Position numbers and translations under genes: made by a program
Part shown: positions 18,834 through 29,158 of the stretch, piece by piece
How the letters are laid out: the number at the start of each line of letters is the position of its first letter
Position numbering within the stretch: the first letter of the stretch is position 1
Assembly (NCBI GenBank): GCA_963780185.1
Contig: CAWABA010000006.1
Coordinates: 800,001 to 864,000, forward strand
DNA from: Candidatus Bathyarchaeota archaeon
GTDB lineage: Archaea > Thermoproteota > Bathyarchaeia > Bathyarchaeales > Bathycorpusculaceae
Reading direction: 5' to 3'
Length of the DNA: 64,000 bases
The notes under the pieces: generated by a model
What the model saw: the letters and a program-made list of their open reading frames with translations, nothing else
Databases searched by the model: none
Told to the model about the DNA's origin: nothing

Positions 18834-21800
18834 TTGCGTAGATCAATTTTCGACTCACTAAACGTCTTCATCAGAAGGCGGTATCGGTCGGTTATTATAG
18901 CGTGGATTGTCGTGGTGCTGCTTTCGCTAGTTCTTATCCCAAGCTTCTTTTCATCAGTCTCCTATGATATCGTGGGAAGTGTTCAACCGCCTGCAAACAG
19001 TGAGTCAGATAAGACGTTAAAAATTCTAGATGCCCAGTTTCCAGAATTGATTAACACTAGCCAAAATATTTTAAGTGTTGTTGTTCAAGGTGCTTCCGTT
19101 TACTCGGATTCATTGAAAGATTCTATTCTCAAGTTGAATGGCACAATTTCAAAAGATAAGGATGTTAGTAACTTTACTGGGGAAACAAGCCTTTATTCAA
19201 TTGAGGCAAGCTTGCTTGATGAGTCCCTACCAGAGATTGTCAGTCAGACTGCAAGCCTCCAATCAAACATAACCACCATTAACTCGGGATTATACGTTCT
19301 GCAAGATAACCTGACAACGCTGAGCACAAGTATATTCCAGCTGCAGTACGGCATCAACCAGACAGCCCAACTGGTATTTGGAGTCCCAGCGGCGTTCGTC
19401 GGGGTATGGCAAGGTGTGGTTCAAGGGTTCAACGCTCAAGGCATAGCAAACCCAGACCCATACATGGTTAACGCTCAAGCAAATTCAACAGTGTTCACAG
19501 TTACTTCGAATTTTGGAAACAACGCCCAATCTATCGGCTACTACACTGCTTTCTTCAACGCTTGGAACAGCAGTTACACAACTCTGCCAGTCAGCACATC
19601 AATTTCTGAACGGGAAGCCTTCGCGGTAGGCCAAGCCGTTTCCTCTCTTATTAGCAGCCCCCAGCTTGACTCGCAGACAAGCCAAATGATAGGGCTGGTC
19701 GCGTCGGGCTTAACGGTTTCAAATTGGACCCAGCTTTCAGCGATTGAAAACTTGACTGCTTCAACCATAGTGTCAAGTATTCCTTCAAACCTTTCATCTT
19801 CGCTCGGGGTCTCGGCAACAAGCCTCGTCAACGAATTGTATTACTTCGGGCCGTCTCCCTCCAGCCAAAGTATCGCAAACTACGCCATAGCCCTCATAGA
19901 AACAAACTACTCGAACCAGACAATTCCCGATGTGGGGTTTTCTGTTTCCAACCTAATACAATCCGCTTACAACCTCGGCAAATCTCCTAGCAACAGTCAA
20001 ACATGGAATCTATCCTGCGACTTCATTTCAAACGCCACCCAAAACGCTTTTTCAGACTCGCCTCTGTTCACAGTAAACAGCACATCGCTAAGCCGTCTCC
20101 TCTACAGCCTGCCCCAGAACGCATCAAATACCGAAATAAGTAGTGCCGTTGACAACGACATATCAACTCAATCATACGCAAACTACCCCTTTGCACCTCT
20201 AAGCGCACTAACCAAGAATTTTGTAAACTCAAACAATGACACAATGCTGATCATCCTCAACTTCGCGTCAACTCCGGCAGCTGACACAGTTGCCCACATA
20301 AGAACCGATGTTGAAGCTGCAGGGCTGCAAAACTTCGGCAAAGTCTACGTGACAGGCGGTCCCGCGGTGTCTTTGGATCTACGAAACACCCTTCTACCCG
20401 TCTTAGACATTACCCTTTTGCCAGGAATTATCCTTTCCATTATAATCGTTGGACTATTGCTTTTTTCGGTAACAGCGGCTTTGATTCCAGTTATGATGGG
20501 CGGTTGCTCCATTGTAGTGTCTCTGGCAGCCATATACCTCGGCATTGTCAAGGTAGGGCACGCCAGCTTAACGTTTCTTACGCCAGCGTTAACGCTGCTC
20601 TTGTTGTTGGGGCTTGCTGTAGATTATTCGGTTTTGCAAATTAAACGCACAAAAGAAGAGCGCCTTCAGGGCAAATCAGTTGAAGAAAGTGTAGGCATCT
20701 CAATTAAATGGGCGGGACAAGCTGTGTTAACTGCTGGAACCACCGTCATAGTTGCATATGTTGTTATGGCATTAGCCAACGTTCCACTTTTTAGTACTGT
20801 TGGGCTCGCTATAGCGATTGGGGTTTCTGTTCTACTTGTTGCGTCAATTACGCTGCTACCAGCCCTTGAAATTGCTTTAGGTGATAGACTTTTCTGGCCG
20901 GGTCTAAACAAACGGTTGATGAGAAATTCCAACCGTAAGGGAATTTTGAAACGAGTGGTCGAAGGAACGCAAAAAAGGAAAGTCTTTGTGGTGGTTATAA
21001 TTGGCTTACTTGCTGTAGGCGCCATATTCGTGACTTTTAACACGCCGTTTAACAATGACGTTATGAAGTTGATTCCGAACTTTTCAAGTAATCAAGGGTT
21101 AAATGTCATATCGGACAACTTTGGAAGCGGAACAGTATATCCAACATACATTACAGTCACAATGCCAACGCAGGTAACGTATGGAGATAACCAGTTCAAC
21201 CAAACTTTACTTAACCAAATCGAGCAAATCACCGCTGCAGCCGCAAATTCAAAAGGCATCACAACTGTTGTCAGCCCAACTAGACCATATGGGAATTCAT
21301 TCAATTACTCAAACATCGAAAACATGTCTGATGCCCTACGTTTGCAATATGAAAACCAAATGTTTGCTGCCATTGGAAAAGACAATAAAACCGTTTTAAT
21401 TACAGTTGGGCTTTCAGAATCAATCTTTAGCCAGGATGCCATCAACTCTTTGTCTCACATGGAAAAGAACGTTAACGACTTGCCGATTATTAGCGGCACT
21501 CTAATTCATTTTGGAGGTCAAGCGCAGTCAACAAGTGATAGCGTGTCATTCGTGAATACTCTTGTTCCAGAAATCACCGCGATTTTAGCCGTCACGATAT
21601 GCATCATCCTGTTTTTCCAGTTAAGATCAGTGTTAATGCCTCTTTATCTGATAGCTACGATACTTTGCAGCGTCATTTTATCCTTAGCGGTAATTTCACT
21701 CGTATTCCACAGCGGTCTTAACTTACCTATTGTTGTCTACGTTCCCTTGTTTGTAGTAGTAACCACGATAGGTGTCGGAGTAGACTACGGAGTATTCTTC

Positions 21801-22112
21801 GTTAACCGAATACGTGAGGAAACGGTAAACGGCAAGGCAGACAACGAAGCAGTAGCCGCGGCTGTTGACAAAGTCTGGGTAACCATCCTTGGCCTTGGGC
21901 TTGTTTTGGCAGCGGTGTTCGCTTGTTTGCTTATATCTGGAATTGGAATCTTCGACGAACTAAGCATTGCCATTGCGACAGCGGTCTTGCTAGCAATTAC
22001 GGTTGGTATCTTATTCTTTGTGCCCGCGCTAATGGGGCTCACGCAGAAACTAAACTGGTGGCCACATAAACGATCCAGAGAAAAGACCAAGAAAACAGTA
22101 AAGAGTGAGTGA
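18834..22112 (+). CDS. MMPL/RND family transporter with a large extracellular Ser/Asn-rich loop
   Basis: GLAVDYS and GVGVDYGVF motifs, two TM bundles, LLPAL/FVPALM. Confidence 0.9.
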   Translation: MRRSIFDSLNVFIRRRYRSVIIAWIVVVLLSLVLIPSFFSSVSYDIVGSVQPPANSESDKTLKILDAQFPELINTSQNILSVVVQGASVYSDSLKDSILKLNGTISKDKDVSNFTGETSLYSIEASLLDESLPEIVSQTASLQSNITTINSGLYVLQDNLTTLSTSIFQLQYGINQTAQLVFGVPAAFVGVWQGVVQGFNAQGIANPDPYMVNAQANSTVFTVTSNFGNNAQSIGYYTAFFNAWNSSYTTLPVSTSISEREAFAVGQAVSSLISSPQLDSQTSQMIGLVASGLTVSNWTQLSAIENLTASTIVSSIPSNLSSSLGVSATSLVNELYYFGPSPSSQSIANYAIALIETNYSNQTIPDVGFSVSNLIQSAYNLGKSPSNSQTWNLSCDFISNATQNAFSDSPLFTVNSTSLSRLLYSLPQNASNTEISSAVDNDISTQSYANYPFAPLSALTKNFVNSNNDTMLIILNFASTPAADTVAHIRTDVEAAGLQNFGKVYVTGGPAVSLDLRNTLLPVLDITLLPGIILSIIIVGLLLFSVTAALIPVMMGGCSIVVSLAAIYLGIVKVGHASLTFLTPALTLLLLLGLAVDYSVLQIKRTKEERLQGKSVEESVGISIKWAGQAVLTAGTTVIVAYVVMALANVPLFSTVGLAIAIGVSVLLVASITLLPALEIALGDRLFWPGLNKRLMRNSNRKGILKRVVEGTQKRKVFVVVIIGLLAVGAIFVTFNTPFNNDVMKLIPNFSSNQGLNVISDNFGSGTVYPTYITVTMPTQVTYGDNQFNQTLLNQIEQITAAAANSKGITTVVSPTRPYGNSFNYSNIENMSDALRLQYENQMFAAIGKDNKTVLITVGLSESIFSQDAINSLSHMEKNVNDLPIISGTLIHFGGQAQSTSDSVSFVNTLVPEITAILAVTICIILFFQLRSVLMPLYLIATILCSVILSLAVISLVFHSGLNLPIVVYVPLFVVVTTIGVGVDYGVFFVNRIREETVNGKADNEAVAAAVDKVWVTILGLGLVLAAVFACLLISGIGIFDELSIAIATAVLLAITVGILFFVPALMGLTQKLNWWPHKRSREKTKKTVKSE

Positions 22113-22326
22113 GAAATTAGGTGAATTTTGGGAATCTAACTTTTCCAACATTTGCCAACACATAAAGGTCAGGCTTTGAAATCGGCTCCACTGAATTCAC
22201 TGTCAAACCACCGAAGCTCCCACAGAGTATGTCTAAAAACCCAATTTAGGCGAGAGTTAGGCAGAATTTTAGATTGACGTCGAAAAAGGGCACTAAAAAA
22301 AGAAAAAGGGGTGTGTCGTTATTCTT

Positions 22327-24294
22327 TTATTTTCGTCTGATGCGTTTGACTGCGGTGATAGCAACTATCGCCGAGAATCCCGCTACGATGGCTGCGATGC
22401 TGCCCCACTGTGATTCAGGCAATGCGAAGAACAATCCGTTTTGACTGTACTCTTTGATGACGTTGGTGGTACTTCCGTCTACAACGTAGATGTTTCCCGT
22501 CGCTGCGCTGACTCCGATGCCGTACGGATAACTCAGTGCTCCTGCGCCTGATGTTCCGAAGCTTAACAGGAAGTTTCCGTTGCTGTCGAACACTGATATG
22601 CGACTGTTAAGTTCATCCACGACGTAGACGTTTCCGCTGTTGTCAACGCTGATCATCTTCGGATAGGCAAAGTTGGTGTCGCCTGTGCCGTAGCTGCCCC
22701 ACATCGTCACGAAAGCGCCAGCTGTAGTGAATTCTTGGATACGATTATTGAACCCGTCAACGACGTAGACGTTGCCTGCTGCGCTGACCGCGATGCCGTA
22801 TGGGCTGCTAAAGCCGCCTCCGCTGCCGCTCCACTGGTTAAGGTAGTTTCCGTTTGCGTCGAAGACTTCAACCCTGCTGTTGCCTTGATCAACCACGTAG
22901 ACATTGCCGCTGCTGTCGCATGCGATTCCGACGGGCTGGTTAAGTTCTCCGTTGCCTGAGCCTGGACTGGCGTTGGAGCTGCCGAATTGAAACTGGAAGT
23001 TGCCGACGGAGTCGAATACCTGTATGGCGTTGTTGTATGTGTCTGAGACGTAAAGGTACCCGTTCTGGGTGTTGTACGCGATGCCTGTGGGGTAATTGAA
23101 TTGCCCGTAGCCAGTGTAGTCGGGGGTTGGAGTCGGGTTGCCCCAGGACCTGATGAATGCGCCTGAAGCCGAGAATTCTTGGATGCGGTAGTTAGCTGAA
23201 TCCGTGATGTAGACGTCTCCGCTTGTGCTGACGGCTGCGTCTACCGGGGCAAAGAATTGGCTTGGACCCGGAAGGGAAGTTGCGCCAGTGAACATTGCTA
23301 TCAGGTTGCCGCTGTTGTCGAATTCCTCGATGACGCCGCTGTAGCTGAAGCCTGTATAGTAGGTTTCGGTCACGAAGATGTATCCGCTTGAGTCGACGGC
23401 GATGTTGGAGCCGTAGTAGGTTGTAGCCCATTGAGTTACGAGGTTGCCTGAGTTATCGAATTCCAGCACCTGTCCTAAGCCTGCATCGAGCACGAATAGG
23501 TTCCCGTTGCCGTCAACCGCAATGTTTGTGGGATAAGAGAATGTCCCTGAGCCCCATTGCGTAACGAAAGTGCCTGTGTCAGTGAACTCTTGGACGACAA
23601 TGTTGCCTTGGTCTACGACGAAGACGTTTCCGTTTGAGTCGATGGCGATGCCAGCGGGATAAAACGGCGATGTATTGGCCAGGTCAGGGTTGCCTCCGAA
23701 CTGGAATAGGAAGTTGCCGCTGCTGTCAAACACCTGCACGAAGCTGTTGTATTCGTCTGAGACGAAAATGTTTCCCGTTATGGGGTCGACTGCTATGCCA
23801 CTGGGAAACGAGAATGCGCCCATGCCTGTGGCGGTGTAATCCTGTGATCCCCATTGCAACAGGAAGTTGCCTGCGCTGTCAAATTTCTGAACCAGAAAGT
23901 GCCCCTGATCTACAATGTAGACGTTGCCGCTTGGGTCGATTGCCATGGAGTCTGGACCCTGCTGGAAGGTACCTGATCCGCCGCTGTAGATATAGCCGTA
24001 ACTACCGAACATGTTTAGGTAATTGTTGGCTCCGCTGTTGTCGCCTGGTACGCAAGCAAATTCATCAACTGAAACGCTCGGGTAAAGCCCATAAACCGTG
24101 TCAACCGCGTAGACGTCGTCGGCGCCTGTGATTGCAATGGCGGTTGGATAGCTATATTGGAAACTGTTTGCTGTGGCTATGGTTCCCCAACCATTGACGT
24201 AAGTTACTGTGGGAAGTGCAGAAGCAAATGTTAGAGTACTTGTGGCTAAAACGAAAATCAGAATTGCCGCTATAACTATTGTTTTTTTGTTCAT
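22327..24294 (-). CDS. Secreted NHL-repeat beta-propeller protein with PE-type C-terminal sorting signal
   Basis: Signal peptide; ~12 repeats of PxGIAVDxxGNVYVxD; tail FALPESQW-TM-KRIRRK. Confidence 0.9.
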   Translation of the reverse strand: MNKKTIVIAAILIFVLATSTLTFASALPTVTYVNGWGTIATANSFQYSYPTAIAITGADDVYAVDTVYGLYPSVSVDEFACVPGDNSGANNYLNMFGSYGYIYSGGSGTFQQGPDSMAIDPSGNVYIVDQGHFLVQKFDSAGNFLLQWGSQDYTATGMGAFSFPSGIAVDPITGNIFVSDEYNSFVQVFDSSGNFLFQFGGNPDLANTSPFYPAGIAIDSNGNVFVVDQGNIVVQEFTDTGTFVTQWGSGTFSYPTNIAVDGNGNLFVLDAGLGQVLEFDNSGNLVTQWATTYYGSNIAVDSSGYIFVTETYYTGFSYSGVIEEFDNSGNLIAMFTGATSLPGPSQFFAPVDAAVSTSGDVYITDSANYRIQEFSASGAFIRSWGNPTPTPDYTGYGQFNYPTGIAYNTQNGYLYVSDTYNNAIQVFDSVGNFQFQFGSSNASPGSGNGELNQPVGIACDSSGNVYVVDQGNSRVEVFDANGNYLNQWSGSGGGFSSPYGIAVSAAGNVYVVDGFNNRIQEFTTAGAFVTMWGSYGTGDTNFAYPKMISVDNSGNVYVVDELNSRISVFDSNGNFLLSFGTSGAGALSYPYGIGVSAATGNIYVVDGSTTNVIKEYSQNGLFFALPESQWGSIAAIVAGFSAIVAITAVKRIRRK

Positions 24295-24471
24295 TCCTTT
24301 ATACGCCTTTCCTTTCTAGTTACCGTTTGGTGTACTACCGAGTTGGCGCTAAAGCTTTAAAAGAGAATGTGACTGTGCGTAGACTACAACAAAGATTAAA
24401 AACGATAATCTGAAACAAAGAGACAGGCATATCTTATTATTTGATAAAACCGTTGTGAAGGCTAAATCAGC

Positions 24472-24945
24472 CTAAAAGTCTTCTTTGACCAAACGATAAA
24501 AAAACCACTCCAAACGTTTGGCGCCGTTCTTTTCATAGAATTCTTGCGCTGACGTATTCCATTTCAAAACGGTAAACTCTATTCTGCCGCAGTCCTCACG
24601 TTCAGCGGTTTCTTTAAGGAAATCGAACATTTGTTTGCCAACCCCTTTTCTTCTGTACTGCTCCAGAACAAAAATATCTTCAAGAAAAAGGGTTGGTAAA
24701 GCAAGAAAACTCGAGTAAGTAAAGAAAAAAATAACGTAGGATACATATTTGTCACCCATTTTCCCGATAAATGCTTGATATTTAGGGTTGCAAGACAAAC
24801 AGTCCTTTCGCAACCTCATCTTCGCTTCTTCCTCGGGCGGAGCCAACTTTTCATACTCAGCTAGCTTAGAAATTAAACCCAAGAAATCATCGAAGTTTTC
24901 TGAATTGACCTTTTCGATAACTACCAAATTCTCTTCTTTATTCAT
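24472..24945 (-). CDS. GNAT family acetyltransferase (SSAT-like)
   Basis: LAEYEKL, LFLEDIFV, YRRKGVG, VLKWNTSAQEFY. Confidence 0.92.
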   Translation of the reverse strand: MNKEENLVVIEKVNSENFDDFLGLISKLAEYEKLAPPEEEAKMRLRKDCLSCNPKYQAFIGKMGDKYVSYVIFFFTYSSFLALPTLFLEDIFVLEQYRRKGVGKQMFDFLKETAEREDCGRIEFTVLKWNTSAQEFYEKNGAKRLEWFFYRLVKEDF

Positions 24946-25064
24946 GCACGTTACTGGTTACTTGAAAAGATAAAAGATTATTGCCACAAGGATGTTTCTC
25001 TAAATCGTGTTTTTCAAGACAAAAGGTTTTTCAAGAGACCCGGCACTTGGTAGCTTGTGGAAAA

Positions 25065-25379
25065 ATGGAAAACGTTTGGGAAGAACTCAAGAAAATCGAG
25101 GCTGAAGCGGAAAAAATTCGAAGCGGTGCTCAGCAGAAAGCCCAAAGCATAACAGCCCTTGCTCAGCAGAATAGTGAAAAACTTGTTGCTAACAGTCAAA
25201 CTTACGCCCAAGAAGAGGGGCAGCAGTTTTATGCGGGCACGGTTGCAGAAGCCAACCGTAAACGGGACGAACAGCTGAAAGCTAGCCTAGCAGCCAACGA
25301 GAAGTTGAAGGTGGAAGCGGGAAAACGAATGGAGCTCGCGGTCAATACGGTGGTTAAAGCAATCATTAAGGGAAGCTAA
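25065..25379 (+). CDS. atpH: A/V-type ATP synthase subunit H (G-like peripheral stalk)
   Basis: Helical EELKKIEAEAEKIR...; first gene of the cluster; ATG at 25065. Confidence 0.7.
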   Translation: MENVWEELKKIEAEAEKIRSGAQQKAQSITALAQQNSEKLVANSQTYAQEEGQQFYAGTVAEANRKRDEQLKASLAANEKLKVEAGKRMELAVNTVVKAIIKGS

Positions 25380-25382
25380 ACC

Positions 25383-26435
25383 TTGAGTCAGATAATACTC
25401 TATGCTTCTGTTCTAGCTAAAATCGGGGCTGAAAAAAGTAAGCTTTTAAGCGAAGCAAAAATGAAGCCTTTAGCAGAAAGCAAAAACCTTGCTGCGTTTA
25501 CGGCTCAGCTGCGGGACACCAACTATCAGACGCAAATTGCCAGATTACCGTTGCCGCTGACAAGTCGAAAACTGGAGCGGGCTTTCAACGAAAACTTGAT
25601 TGAAACGTATGCGAAGATGATTAAGAACTCGCCAGCTAAGGCTGCGAATTTTCTTTCAGTTTACGTTTTACGGTTTGAAGTGGAAAACCTCAAGACTCTG
25701 ATAAAGTCAATTAACGCGGAACTTAGCTCTGAGGAAAAGCTGGGCAGAATTTATTTTTCCGCTGAAGATTTTCTTAAAAGGCGGGTTATGTTTGAGGACG
25801 CGGCTAAAGCTTCCACTTTGAAGCAGATGCAGAATGCCATCAAAAGTTCGTTGTATGCGTCAGCCCTCAGCAAGGGGATGCAGGGTTATGAAGATAAGGG
25901 GTCAACTTCAGGTTTTGATATTCTGCTGGATAAGGTCTTCTACGATAGTCTTCATGATAGGTATGAAGAGTTGCCGCGGAAAGAGAAGCCGCATGTTTAT
26001 TTTTACGCTGCCATCGAAAACGACAGCTTCACGCTTCTGTCGGTTCTCAGAGGAAAAACCCTGAATTACGACGCCAGTTGGCTCAGAGCAGCGGTGCCTC
26101 CTAAAAACTTTAGGGTCACATCTGAAACGTTTGAGGCGATGCTGATGGCGCCTGATTTTGAGTCAGCCGCAAAAGCTGCTTCTGAAACCTCCTACGGAAA
26201 ATTCTTTGTTAAAGCCGCAAGCCCAGATGAGACTTTGGCAGCGGCTGAAAAAGCCTTCAAGAAAGCAGTGTTTTTGCATGCTAAGGCGTACACTATCGGC
26301 GAAATCTTCAATGTCGGAGCGCCACTTGCCTTCATGATGCTCAAAGAAGCCGAAGTGCACAACCTAATCGCTGCAAGCGCAGGCATCGAAGGCGAAGTCA
26401 GCACAGAGAATATTCAGGGTCAAATGTTACTATAG
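25383..26435 (+). CDS. atpC: A/V-type ATP synthase subunit C (d/AC39)
   Basis: RFEVENLKTLIK, KEAEVHNL; 350 aa. Confidence 0.88.
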   Translation: MSQIILYASVLAKIGAEKSKLLSEAKMKPLAESKNLAAFTAQLRDTNYQTQIARLPLPLTSRKLERAFNENLIETYAKMIKNSPAKAANFLSVYVLRFEVENLKTLIKSINAELSSEEKLGRIYFSAEDFLKRRVMFEDAAKASTLKQMQNAIKSSLYASALSKGMQGYEDKGSTSGFDILLDKVFYDSLHDRYEELPRKEKPHVYFYAAIENDSFTLLSVLRGKTLNYDASWLRAAVPPKNFRVTSETFEAMLMAPDFESAAKAASETSYGKFFVKAASPDETLAAAEKAFKKAVFLHAKAYTIGEIFNVGAPLAFMMLKEAEVHNLIAASAGIEGEVSTENIQGQMLL

Positions 26436-26444
26436 TTTTTTGGC

Positions 26445-28502
26445 TTATTTTCCTTTTTCAGCGATGTGTACGTCGGTGTGAATGAAGTTCTGTTTGTAGG
26501 GCTGGAATTCGGTTCCTGTACCTTTGTAGAATTTAGTGAACCACTCGTAGAAATGCAATCTTAAAGTGTGGATAAACACGATTAATCCTTCAAGCGCAAT
26601 GACGAATATGTTTCCTCCGACGATGATTATGCCGCCGATGATTAAGCTGGCAGTTCCAAAGCCGTTGAGTTGGCCTGCGACTGCATAAGTTGCTTGGCAT
26701 AGTGCCCAGTGAGCCATTAGAAGGGCAAGAATACGGCTGTAAGAGACAGTATTGCTGAGAAAACGTGAAATCAAATCTCCGCTTTCAAAAATGCTTTGCC
26801 CCAACGATCCCTCTTGCTCCGCGGCTCCAGCTTCGCCATGAGTTTCTGCGGAGTGAGCGACACCGGCGTGCGCAGGAGTAGGTTTTGCGACAGCCAAGTA
26901 GGCTGGCTTTGAGATAACCATGAAAATGAACGGAATTACAAGTAGCATCACAGGACCAGGGAACCATGCACCGATGTTTAGCCCGTACGTAACCACTATG
27001 TAGACTCCTCCGCCGTAGAAGGCAAGTTTAGGCAGTGACACTAAGATTGCATCGCTAGGTTTATGCTCAAGCACAAAGTTTGCCATTTCCAAAACTACTC
27101 CTAACGTGATCTGTGCTACACCCACGCAAAGCGCGAATATCAAAAAGTGAAGCACGCTAGATGTTCCTGAAAACGGGTCAAACCATAATGGTCTACCGAA
27201 ACCAAGCACCTGCGCTATTGGTTGGCCAAACAATTCGCCATACAGCAGTCCAGCGATAATGGCTGCGAGACCGCACACTGTTATGATGAATGCCATGTTC
27301 TTGATTGATGATGCTTTTTTAAGTGACAGGTAAACGCCCAATCCGCCTGCGAAAAGGATTAATCCGTGACCGACGTCGCCAAACATCAAACCGAAAAGAA
27401 TCGGGAACGAGATTGCCATAAACGGGGTGGGATCCAGTTCGCTATATCGAGGCAAACCGTAGAGCCTGGTGATTTCTTCGAAGGGCTTTACAAACCTGTT
27501 GTTGCTGATTTTTGTAGGCGACGGTTTAGCTTCGGGTGCTTCGTCCTGCATGATTATTGCTTTGTCGTCTAGGATAGAATGGACTTTTTCGTTGAGTGCA
27601 GCCAAGTTTTTCTTGGGAACGAACCCTACGATGTTTGCGAGTCTTCCTGACTGAACCATTTTTTTCTTGGCGTTCAACTGCGCTAAAGTGTTTTCAACTG
27701 TTTCTTTCCATGCGGGAAGGTTGTTCTTGTTTTCCACGCCCAATTTATGCAGTGATTCTGAGATCGCTTTTTCTTTTTCAGAGTTTTCTTTTAGGCGATT
27801 ATTAACTTCTTTAATTGCATTCTTAGTGTTGCGCGGCAGATCTTTGGGGATTGAAAAAATCTCCGCATGGTGGGCTTTGACGATTTTTTCTACTTCTGTG
27901 CCTTGTTTGCTTGGAACGGCTATGTTTACAAAGTTGGTTTCTTTTGTCAGAATAGAGTGGCTTAGGATAAGCGGGAACTTGGCAAGCTCCGTTTTTAACG
28001 TTTCAAAGTTTTTGTGGGGGACGGATGCCGCTGTGACATGGATTAATTGGAGGTTCTGTATGGCTTCTAGGTCCGCGTGGTTTTCATCAATTATTGTAAG
28101 CATTTTTTTGATGTTGTTAAGCTGGACAGTTTTTTCTTGGAGGCTCGTTAAGGAATTGTTGAATTCGTCAACTTCCTTCTTTAACTGCGAAACTTTTTGT
28201 CCAGTGGATTCCGCGAGGGTTTGCCAGTTTTCAGCCGTAACCTGTGTTCTTGTCGGTTGAAACGTTTTGAAAAGGTCAAATGGGCCTGGTTTTTCTTGGC
28301 TGAGCTGTTTTGTTAATTCGTTAACGTTGGATAGTGACTCTTCAGCTTTTTGGATTTCTTGGTTATACTCGAGGAGGCTAACGTTTTCGTTAGTTTCTTC
28401 GATGTGAAATTCTCCGAAGTTGCTTAACGCTTCCAGTAGTGACTCAGCGTCTTTTTTGACGCAAATTATCGACATTAAAGCCATTCTTTCTGGTCGGAGC
28501 AT
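26445..28502 (-). CDS. atpI: A/V-type ATP synthase subunit I (a), inverted relative to the rest of the cluster
   Basis: YGLPRYSELDPT, FGLMFGDVGHG, SYSRILAL (essential Arg), HTLRLHFYEWF. Confidence 0.96.
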   Translation of the reverse strand: MLRPERMALMSIICVKKDAESLLEALSNFGEFHIEETNENVSLLEYNQEIQKAEESLSNVNELTKQLSQEKPGPFDLFKTFQPTRTQVTAENWQTLAESTGQKVSQLKKEVDEFNNSLTSLQEKTVQLNNIKKMLTIIDENHADLEAIQNLQLIHVTAASVPHKNFETLKTELAKFPLILSHSILTKETNFVNIAVPSKQGTEVEKIVKAHHAEIFSIPKDLPRNTKNAIKEVNNRLKENSEKEKAISESLHKLGVENKNNLPAWKETVENTLAQLNAKKKMVQSGRLANIVGFVPKKNLAALNEKVHSILDDKAIIMQDEAPEAKPSPTKISNNRFVKPFEEITRLYGLPRYSELDPTPFMAISFPILFGLMFGDVGHGLILFAGGLGVYLSLKKASSIKNMAFIITVCGLAAIIAGLLYGELFGQPIAQVLGFGRPLWFDPFSGTSSVLHFLIFALCVGVAQITLGVVLEMANFVLEHKPSDAILVSLPKLAFYGGGVYIVVTYGLNIGAWFPGPVMLLVIPFIFMVISKPAYLAVAKPTPAHAGVAHSAETHGEAGAAEQEGSLGQSIFESGDLISRFLSNTVSYSRILALLMAHWALCQATYAVAGQLNGFGTASLIIGGIIIVGGNIFVIALEGLIVFIHTLRLHFYEWFTKFYKGTGTEFQPYKQNFIHTDVHIAEKGK

Positions 28503-28833
28503 AGTACATGCAAAGGGTGGGTTACCTTAGGCATTTAAAGTTAATTCTGCGGAACCCAAATTTAGGAAGGTCTCAGGGTTATAATTGGCGATAAGAAGCT
28601 TGCCGCCTTGAAGAAAGAAGCGAACGTGACCATTTCAAGCTAAGGCTGCTACAAAGTGGAAAAATGATCAAACAAATTCTTAGACATTCATCTTGAGGAG
28701 CCACCGCCCTTACGGCGCTATGTTGCTTTTCGAAAACCTGCCTTGTTTTGAAGTTTTTTACCTTCCTAAAGCGAGCGATTGTGACATGGTACTTTATTAG
28801 GTACTGAATTTTAAGGTTCATTAGGCGAACCTA

Positions 28834-29142
28834 ATGCTTGGTTTCGTTATCGGCGACAACGACATGGTTACGGGTTTCAGGCTTGTCGGCGTTGAAGGCG
28901 TTGAAGCGACCTCCGCTGATGAGGCAGGACAAGCTTTAGACAAAGCGCTAGCACGCACTGACATAGCAATTGTAGTCATAAGCGAGGAATTTTCCACTCA
29001 GCCGCACCTGCATGAGAGGATTGAGAAGATCCGTCGTGAACGTAGAGAACCTTTGATTGTTGAGGTCCCCGGAAGCAAAGGAAAACCAAGTGAAACCCGG
29101 ATGTCGGACCTCATCAGTAAAACTTTAGGTGTAAGAATCTAA
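28834..29142 (+). CDS. atpF: A/V-type ATP synthase subunit F
   Basis: VIGDNDMVTGFRLVGV, PLIVEVP. Confidence 0.95.
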   Translation: MLGFVIGDNDMVTGFRLVGVEGVEATSADEAGQALDKALARTDIAIVVISEEFSTQPHLHERIEKIRRERREPLIVEVPGSKGKPSETRMSDLISKTLGVRI

Positions 29143-29158
29143 CAGAAGGGAAACAGAA

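Noticed and set aside
28579-28821. 80-aa ORF between atpI and atpF
   Set aside because: Occupies the divergent promoter region and has no protein-like motif
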